From assembly GCA_947476555.1 (NCBI GenBank), contig CANJRI010000006.1, forward strand, positions 1,793 through 65,792: 64,000 nt of DNA. The letters are read 5' to 3'. Below the pieces are notes generated by a model. It was not told the origin of the DNA. It saw nothing but the letters and a program-made list of their open reading frames with translations, and did not search any database. This DNA comes from Caulobacteraceae bacterium (GTDB taxonomy: Bacteria > Pseudomonadota > Alphaproteobacteria > Caulobacterales > Caulobacteraceae). This document shows positions 57,867-64,000 of this stretch, one piece after another (position 1 is the first letter of the stretch; each line of letters starts with the position of its first letter). The position numbers were made by a program, and so were the translations under genes.

Positions 57867-59192
57867 GTGAAGACGGCTAAATTATTCGCAGTGCTGGGGG
57901 CCTTGGCCGCCCTGGCCTTTTCGCCCGCCCAAGCGCTCGCCCAGCGTGGCCGGGAGCCCGCGGCCCCCAAGATCGACGGCGCCGCGCTGGCGGCCGGCAA
58001 GAAGGCCGCTCCCGCCATCGTCCAGGCTATGGGCCTGAACTGCCAGATCAGCGAAGCCCGCCTGATCGGTCAGAACACCCAGACCAAGACCTCGTTCTAT
58101 GAAGTGGCCTGCGGCCCGGGCGCCATGGGCTACATCCTGCAGGCTGTGGCCGGCGGAGCGAACACCGGCTTCACCTGTCTGGAAGCCAACGCACCTCCCA
58201 TGGCCTGCGCGCTGAAGGACAACGCCGATCCCAAGGCCGCGCTGGTGCCCATGCTCACCGCCGCCAAGCTGAACTGCACCCCGACCGCCGTCCGCGGCAT
58301 CGGTCAGGCGCCCGGCGCCACCTACCTGGAAGTCCAGTGCGCCAACGGCATGGGCTATGTGGTCACCGCCGACAGCGCGCCGCTGGACACCAGCAAGCCG
58401 ATCAAGCCGCCGCAGAACTGCCTGATGTACGATGACGCCCAGACCAACATCAAATGCACCCTGGCGGACGCGGCCACGCGCCTGGCCATCGTCGACACCT
58501 ACGCCAAGACCGGCGCCGCGGCCTGCGTCGTGAAGAACCGGCGCTTCGTCGGCGCCATGCAGAACGGCTCCACCTACTTCGAGGCCTCCTGCCAGGACGG
58601 CAAGGGCTTCGTGTTCCGCACCAACAGCGGCGGCTCGCTCGAAGAGACCATCGACTGCTTGAAGGCCGCGACCATGCTTCCGGGCGGCTGCACCCTCACC
58701 GACACCCGCCAGGCCCTGACCGAGCAAAACGCGCTGTACACCCGTCTGGCCAAGTCGGCGGGCGGCGCTTGCGACGTGGAGCGCTACGCCGTGTTCCCGG
58801 CCAAGCCAGGCGAGGAAGCCGTCGAGCTGGCCTGTAAGGACGGCGCTGGCGTCGTCGGCATCTTCAAGGCCTCCGGTGGCGGCAGCCAGGTCATCGATTG
58901 CGGCCGCGCCCCGGCCATCGGCTTCGCCTGCTCGATGACCACCAAGATCAACTACACCCCGGTCACCGCCGACCTGAAGAAGGTCAAGCCGGAGGCCAAC
59001 ACCTGCGCCGTCTCCAACACCCGCGTGGTGGGCAAGAGCGCGGCCGGCAATGTGATGATCGAAGTGGCCTGCGCCGACGGCTTCAAGGGCTATCTGATCG
59101 AGTACAAGACCGAGCCGACCCTCGCCCCCATCGCCGCGACCAACTGCGGCCTGGCCGCCGGCGGGCTGTGCAAGCTGCCCGGCAACAGCTGA
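57867..59192 (+). CDS. Secreted protein with five tandem 4-Cys repeats, function unknown
   Basis: Signal peptide (AQALA); repeats centred on YEVAC, LEVQC, FEASC, VELAC and IEVAC; GGGGAG SD before GTG. Confidence 0.8.
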   Translation: MKTAKLFAVLGALAALAFSPAQALAQRGREPAAPKIDGAALAAGKKAAPAIVQAMGLNCQISEARLIGQNTQTKTSFYEVACGPGAMGYILQAVAGGANTGFTCLEANAPPMACALKDNADPKAALVPMLTAAKLNCTPTAVRGIGQAPGATYLEVQCANGMGYVVTADSAPLDTSKPIKPPQNCLMYDDAQTNIKCTLADAATRLAIVDTYAKTGAAACVVKNRRFVGAMQNGSTYFEASCQDGKGFVFRTNSGGSLEETIDCLKAATMLPGGCTLTDTRQALTEQNALYTRLAKSAGGACDVERYAVFPAKPGEEAVELACKDGAGVVGIFKASGGGSQVIDCGRAPAIGFACSMTTKINYTPVTADLKKVKPEANTCAVSNTRVVGKSAAGNVMIEVACADGFKGYLIEYKTEPTLAPIAATNCGLAAGGLCKLPGNS

Positions 59193-59218
59193 TCCGTCGG
59201 ATCAGCGGCTGAAAACGA

Positions 59219-59252
59219 GAAGCCCGCGGGTCTCCCCGCGGGCTTTTTGTTT
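59219..59252 (+). terminator. Rho-independent terminator
   Basis: AAGCCCGCGG-GTCTCC-CCGCGGGCTT followed by a T-rich tract (TTTGTTT). Confidence 0.8.
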
Positions 59253-59302
59253 GGATGCTCCCCTCAGGGGCAGCTGTCAGTGAAGCCGACCGAGGGGGCC
59301 AC

Positions 59303-60637
59303 CTACCCGGACAAGGTCTCCGCGAACCGCACCGGCTGGCCCCGGCTGGGGGCCAAGATCTCATCGTCGCGCATCACCACCTGGCCGCGGATGATGGTCG
59401 CCATCGGCCAGCCCTTGGCCTCCATCCCAACGAACGGCGTCCAGCCGACGCGGGAGGCCATCATCTCGTGGGTAAGGGTGCGGCGGGCCTTCAGGTCCAC
59501 CACGGTCAGGTCGGCGTCGTAGCCCACGGCCATACGGCCCTTGTCGGCCATACCGAAGATCCGGTTCGCCCCGTGGCTGGTCAGGTCCACCAGCCGCTCC
59601 AGGGAAAGCCGCCCCTCGGCCACATGGGTCAGCATGACCGGCAGCAGGGTCTGCACCCCGGGCATGCCCGACGGTGAGGCCGGGTAGGGCCGGGCCTTCT
59701 CCTCGGAGGTGTGTGGCGCGTGGTCGGAGCCGATCACGTCCGCCACCCCGCTGGCCACCCCGGCCCACAGGCCCGCGCGATGCTCGGCGGTCCGCACCGG
59801 CGGGTTCATCTGGGCATAGCCCTTCAGCCGCTCGTAGTCCTCGGGGCCGGCCAGGGTCAGGTGCTGCGGCGTCACCTCGACGCTGGCCACGTCCTTATGG
59901 GCCGCCAGATAGGCGATCTCGTCGGCGGTGGTCACGTGCAGCACATGGATGCGCTTGCCCAGCGCGGTGGCGATCCGCACCAGCCGCTCGGTGGACTGGA
60001 TGGCCGACTGCGCGTCGCGCACCTCGTAGTGGCTGGTCCAATCGCCGGTGCGGGCCAGCGGCCGCCTCTCGGCCAGCCGGTACTCGTCCTCGGAATGGAA
60101 GGTGGCGCGCCGGTTGGTATGGCGCAGCACCTGCTCGATGCCCTCGTCGTCCTGCACCAGCAGCGTGCCGGTGGAGGCGCCCATGAAGACCTTCACCCCG
60201 CAGCAGCCCGGCAGGCGTTCCAGCTCGCCGAGGAACCTGGCGTTCTCGTGCGTCCCGCCCACGTAGAAGGCGTGGTCGCAGTGCATGCGCCCCGCCGCCC
60301 GCGCCAGCTTGTCCGCCAGGGCGTCCGCGTCGGTGGTGGTGGGCTCGGTGTTGGGCATCTCGAACACCGCCACCACCCCGCCCAGCACGGCCGCCCGCGA
60401 TCCGCTCTCTAGGTCTTCTTTCCACTCCAGGCCCGGCTCGCGGAAGTGGACCTGGGTGTCGATCACGCCGGGTAGGACCGTCAGCCCGGACGCATCGAAT
60501 ACCTCGCCGGCCGAGGCCTGGGAAAGGTCGCCCACCGCGGCGATCTTGCCGCCGCGAACGCCGACGTCGGCCAGACCGCGTCCGGCGTGGTTCACCACCT
60601 CGCCGCCGCGCACGATCAGGTCAAAGGTCTCAGCCAT
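59303..60637 (-). CDS. pyrC: Dihydroorotase (type I-like amidohydrolase)
   Basis: DTQVHFREPG, FEMPNT, HVLHVTT, MNPPVR, GSDHAPH. Confidence 0.85.
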   Translation of the reverse strand: MAETFDLIVRGGEVVNHAGRGLADVGVRGGKIAAVGDLSQASAGEVFDASGLTVLPGVIDTQVHFREPGLEWKEDLESGSRAAVLGGVVAVFEMPNTEPTTTDADALADKLARAAGRMHCDHAFYVGGTHENARFLGELERLPGCCGVKVFMGASTGTLLVQDDEGIEQVLRHTNRRATFHSEDEYRLAERRPLARTGDWTSHYEVRDAQSAIQSTERLVRIATALGKRIHVLHVTTADEIAYLAAHKDVASVEVTPQHLTLAGPEDYERLKGYAQMNPPVRTAEHRAGLWAGVASGVADVIGSDHAPHTSEEKARPYPASPSGMPGVQTLLPVMLTHVAEGRLSLERLVDLTSHGANRIFGMADKGRMAVGYDADLTVVDLKARRTLTHEMMASRVGWTPFVGMEAKGWPMATIIRGQVVMRDDEILAPSRGQPVRFAETLSG

Positions 60638-61619
60638 CCGCCCCGTCTTCCGTCTTGTCCCGCGTCGCCGCCAGCAGGGCCTCGGCCGCCGCCACCACCC
60701 TATCGACCGGCAGGTCCATCATGTGACAGAGCGCCTGGGTGAAGCCAGGGTCAACCGCCCGGATCTGCTCGAAGTCCCGCGGGCCCCGGACCACCGCTGT
60801 GTGCGGTCCCCAAGGCGCGTAAAGCCGCTCGTCCGAAGGTCCGAACAGTCCCAGGGTCGGGACCCCGGCCGCCGCCGCCAGGTGCATGGCGCCGGAATCG
60901 TTGCCGATGAACAGCCGCGCCCGCTTCAGGCAGGCGTGGGCGGTGAGCAGGTCCACTTTTCCGGTGAGGTCGATCAGCCGGCCGGTCGCCACGTCGCGCA
61001 GCCCACGCGCCAGGGCCTCGTCGCCGGGCCCGCCGACGATCATCAGCCGGGCGCCCTTCAGGGCCCCCGTCCCCCGCGTCAGGCGCATCGCCAGCTGGCT
61101 GAACCGCTCCAGCGGCCAGGTCTTGCCGATCCAGTTGGCCGCCGGGCCCAGCGCCAGGATCGGCCCGGATCCCGCGGTCAACCTGTCGGCCTGGGCTTCG
61201 ATCTCCGGTGAGGTGAAGAGGTAGGGCGCCGCCGGTTCGTCCTCGATCTTCAGCACCCGCGCCGCCTCGATCACCTTGTGAACCGGGGTCGGGCTCTTGC
61301 GGCCCACGGCGCGCTTGCGGGCGTTGAGCACGCGCGAAAGCCCCGACCCGCGCAGGTCCACCACCAGCCCCCAGTGCTGCCTGCGCACCTGCCGCCACAG
61401 CTCCAGCCAATGCCCGCCGCCCCGCCGCTTCTCCATGACGATGACGCGATCCAGGTTCGGGACGTGGGCGAACAGCGGCGCCGCCGCCGGCCCGGCGACG
61501 ATGGTGAAACGGGCGTTGGGGATCTCGTCGATCAGCCGCTTGATCAGGCCGGACGACAGCACCGCGTCCCCGATCCGGGTGGCGGTGACGAACAATATGG
61601 GAAAGGCGCCGGAGGGCAT
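60630..61619 (-). CDS. GT9 family (heptosyltransferase-like) glycosyltransferase
   Basis: RIGDAVL, IGKTWP, FIGNDSGAMHLAAAAGVPTLGLFGPS. Confidence 0.88.
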   Translation of the reverse strand: MPSGAFPILFVTATRIGDAVLSSGLIKRLIDEIPNARFTIVAGPAAAPLFAHVPNLDRVIVMEKRRGGGHWLELWRQVRRQHWGLVVDLRGSGLSRVLNARKRAVGRKSPTPVHKVIEAARVLKIEDEPAAPYLFTSPEIEAQADRLTAGSGPILALGPAANWIGKTWPLERFSQLAMRLTRGTGALKGARLMIVGGPGDEALARGLRDVATGRLIDLTGKVDLLTAHACLKRARLFIGNDSGAMHLAAAAGVPTLGLFGPSDERLYAPWGPHTAVVRGPRDFEQIRAVDPGFTQALCHMMDLPVDRVVAAAEALLAATRDKTEDGADG

Positions 61620-61681
61620 CGGCGCTCTATAGGCCCATCCGGCTATGGCGCTCCACACCGCGAAGGCCCAAATAACGATTC

Positions 61682-62479
61682 ATGGCCGCTCCCTGCATCG
61701 CCCGTCTGGACAGCCGCGCCGCCGTCGCGGTGAGCGGGGAGGGCTGGCGGTCCTTCCTGCAAGGGTTGCTCAGTCAGGATGTCGAAAGCTTGGCGGACGG
61801 CGAAACCCGCTTCGGCGCCCTGCTGACCCCCCAAGGACGGGTGATCCACGATCTCTTCATCCATGGCCGACCGGACGGTTGCCTGCTGGACGTGGCCAGG
61901 GCTGGCCGCGACGACCTGATCCAGCGCCTGACGCTCTACCGGCTCCGCGCCAAGGTGGAGATCGCGCCCTTCGACGCCGCCAGCGTCTGGGCCGCCTGGC
62001 CAAATGCCTTTGGCGAGGGCTGGCGGGAGGATCCACGCCTGCCGGCCCTGGGCTCGCGCGCCTATCGCGTCACCGAGCCCGAGACCGCCAACGCCACCGA
62101 GGCCGACTACGACGCCCACTGCCGCGAGCTGGGCGCGCCGGGGCCGGCGGACTGGGCTGACGGGAGCATCTATCCCATCGAGGCCAACTTCGATCTCCTG
62201 AACGGCGTCGACTTCAAGAAGGGCTGCTTCGTCGGCCAGGAGACCACCTCGCGCATGAAACGGCGCGGCCAGATCAAGAACCGCATGCTGCCCATCGCCT
62301 CCGAGGGCCCCGCGCCCGCCGCCGGCTCCGAGGTGCTGGCCGGCGACCTTCGCGCCGGCGAGGTGCGCTCCAGCGGCGCCCGCCTGGCCATGGCCCTGCT
62401 CCGCCTCGACCGCATCGACGGCCCGCTCACCGTCGATGGCCGGACGGTCCACGTGGAGAAGCCCGCCTGGATGGGCTGA
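61682..62479 (+). CDS. ygfZ: Folate-binding Fe-S/tRNA-modification protein YgfZ
   Basis: FLQGLLSQD, LTPQGR, KGCFVGQE signature. Confidence 0.93.
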   Translation: MAAPCIARLDSRAAVAVSGEGWRSFLQGLLSQDVESLADGETRFGALLTPQGRVIHDLFIHGRPDGCLLDVARAGRDDLIQRLTLYRLRAKVEIAPFDAASVWAAWPNAFGEGWREDPRLPALGSRAYRVTEPETANATEADYDAHCRELGAPGPADWADGSIYPIEANFDLLNGVDFKKGCFVGQETTSRMKRRGQIKNRMLPIASEGPAPAAGSEVLAGDLRAGEVRSSGARLAMALLRLDRIDGPLTVDGRTVHVEKPAWMG

Positions 62480-62483
62480 AGGC

Positions 62484-62534
62484 CCTTCTCCCCTTGCGGG
62501 AGAAGGTGTCAGCCGCAGGCTGACGGATGAGGGG
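62484..62534. repeat. Single REP-like double-hairpin module, same architecture as 43617-43733
   Basis: CCTTCTCCC-CTTGC-GGGAGAAGG, GTCAGCC-GCA-GGCTGAC, GGATGAGGGG; starts 4 bp after the ygfZ stop. Confidence 0.75.
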
Positions 62535-62607
62535 ATCCCCGCGCCGCCGTCGCACCCCGCGATCCGCCCTTGCCCTGGCCGCCCCACCCGGCTGAAAGTC
62601 CGGCCAT

Positions 62608-63201
62608 ATGGAGACTCACCGCTGCACCTGGCGCGGCATGGCCGGCGACCCGCTCTACGAGGCCTACCACGACCAGGAATGGGGCGTGCCGGAGTACGAT
62701 TCCCGCGCCCTGTGGGAAAAGCTGGTGCTCGACGGCTTCCAGGCTGGCCTGGCCTGGATCACCATCCTCAGGAAACGCGAGGCCTTCCGCGCGGCCTTCG
62801 ACGGCTTCGATCCGGAAAAGGTCGCCGCCTACGGCGAGGCCGACCGCGCCCGCCTGATGGCCGATCCCGGCATCGTGCGGTCCAACGCCAAGATCGACGC
62901 CGCCATCAATGGCGCGCGCATCTACCTGGATATGCAGGCCCGGGGTGAGGACTTCTCGGACTTCTGCTGGGGTTTCACCGGCGGCAAGCCGGTCCAGAAC
63001 GCCTGGACCCCCGAGACCGGCGTCCCGGCCCATACCCCGCTCGCCGTCGAGGTCGCCGCGGCTCTCAAAGCCAAGGGCTTCAAGTTCGTCGGTCCGGTGA
63101 TCGTCTACGCCTGGATGCAGGCGGTGGGCATGGTCAACGACCACCTGACCAGCTGCTTCCGCCACCAGCCGATCCAACGGCTAGGCGGGGTTCGGCCGTG
63201 A
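62608..63201 (+). CDS. tag: DNA-3-methyladenine glycosylase I
   Basis: RCTW, YHDQEWG, FQAGLAWITILRKRE, VRSNAKI, GFKFVGP, NDHLTSC. Confidence 0.95.
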   Translation: METHRCTWRGMAGDPLYEAYHDQEWGVPEYDSRALWEKLVLDGFQAGLAWITILRKREAFRAAFDGFDPEKVAAYGEADRARLMADPGIVRSNAKIDAAINGARIYLDMQARGEDFSDFCWGFTGGKPVQNAWTPETGVPAHTPLAVEVAAALKAKGFKFVGPVIVYAWMQAVGMVNDHLTSCFRHQPIQRLGGVRP

Positions 63202-63515
63202 TGCTGTTCGCCGGCGTATTCCTTGGGGTCTTGGCCGTATTTGGCCCGGCCGAAGTTGCATCCCCGGGGCCCACGCCCTCCGCGACGGCGGAGCAGGATT
63301 GGGTATCCATCGCCAGAACTGAGATTGGCCGTCGGGTACGTCCTTCGGCCCCGGCGGACTGGCTCGCGACCGTGCAGAAAGGAGAGATGGAGGTGGTGGT
63401 GACCTTCACCGCGCCGGCTCCCGCGCCCGGCACGCGTCGTGTGGGCCATGGCCACACGTGGGTTGTGATCGATCGGTCCAGTGGTCGAGTGATTAGCATT
63501 ACAGGAGACCAATAA
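63201..63515 (+). CDS. Small exported hypothetical protein with atypical codon usage
   Basis: ATG overlaps the tag stop (TGATG); hydrophobic N-terminus; many A/T-ending codons; ends [18 protein letters not shown]. Confidence 0.6.
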   Translation: MLFAGVFLGVLAVFGPAEVASPGPTPSATAEQDWVSIARTEIGRRVRPSAPADWLATVQKGEMEVVVTFTAPAPAPGTRRVGHGHTWVVIDRSSGRVISITGDQ

Positions 63516-63517
63516 TC

Positions 63518-64000
63518 GTGCCGCGCGGGCCCCACATGCTCCTCGAACGCGCCTTCGTCGGTGGGCCGGTCTGCGGCGTCGACGAAGCGGGGCGCGGGCC
63601 CTGGGCCGGCCCGGTCTGCGCCGGCGCGGTGATCCTCGCTGCCAATCCCCGCAAGGTCCCCAAGGGCCTCGACGACTCCAAGAAGCTCACCGCCAAGACC
63701 CGCGAGACGCTGGAGATCGAGATCAAGGCCAAGGCCGTGGCCTGGGGCGTCGGCTTCGCGTCCGTGGCCGAGATCGCCGAGCTCAACATCCTGCACGCCA
63801 CGGGTCTGGCCATGTGCCGGGCCATCGAGGCCCTGCAGGTGAAGCCGGAGTTCGCCCTGGTGGACGGCAACTACCGGTTCAAGCTGCCCTGCGCGGTGAC
63901 CACGGTGGTGGGCGGCGACGCCAAGTCCAAATCCATCGCCGCCGCCTCGATCCTCGCCAAGGTCGCCCGCGACCGGCTGATGGCCGAGATGGACGCCGTC
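63518..64000 (+). CDS. rnhB: Ribonuclease HII (runs off the window end)
   Basis: Not in the ORF track. Manual translation: [49 protein letters not shown]. Confidence 0.95.
   Translation, partial: MPRGPHMLLERAFVGGPVCGVDEAGRGPWAGPVCAGAVILAANPRKVPKGLDDSKKLTAKTRETLEIEIKAKAVAWGVGFASVAEIAELNILHATGLAMCRAIEALQVKPEFALVDGNYRFKLPCAVTTVVGGDAKSKSIAAASILAKVARDRLMAEMDAV

Noticed and set aside
63518-64000. Expectation that ccrM follows rnhB, as in Caulobacter
   Set aside because: It would lie outside the window and cannot be supported from this sequence.

Overview
High-GC alphaproteobacterial chromosome segment. Gene content (CtpA-like phosphatase beside a lipid A operon, PdeA-like GEDEF-EAL protein, CIR-like palindromes, apparent leaderless genes) points to Caulobacteraceae such as Phenylobacterium or Caulobacter. 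It is mostly core genome: purD, lpxK-waaA-msbA, pmbA and tldD, ubiD and ubiA, gshA, rsmE, the aa3 cytochrome oxidase operon, thrC, sua5, pyrC, ygfZ, tag and rnhB. Small accessory inserts sit between these genes. No rRNA, tRNA, CRISPR array, transposase or integrase was seen. Best candidates for something undescribed: (1) a kinase-less regulatory cassette at 15.7-18.8 kb with an internally duplicated winged-helix protein, a FixJ-type regulator, a convergent receiver-only paralogue and a secreted ClpP-fold protein, linked by a repeated 7-4-7 pseudo-palindrome CTAGGGA-N4-TACG(T/G)AG; (2) a co-directional trio at 1-2.5 kb of a sensorless HisKA_2 kinase, a SemiSWEET transporter and a TPR/GT41 (OGT/SPINDLY-like) glycosyltransferase; (3) a secreted protein built from five 4-Cys repeats at 57.9-59.2 kb; (4) two families of structured intergenic repeats, one showing compensatory base changes and a GANTC site in a hairpin loop; (5) a compositionally atypical ORFan wedged between tag and rnhB. 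All family assignments come from manual motif recognition; no database search was run.
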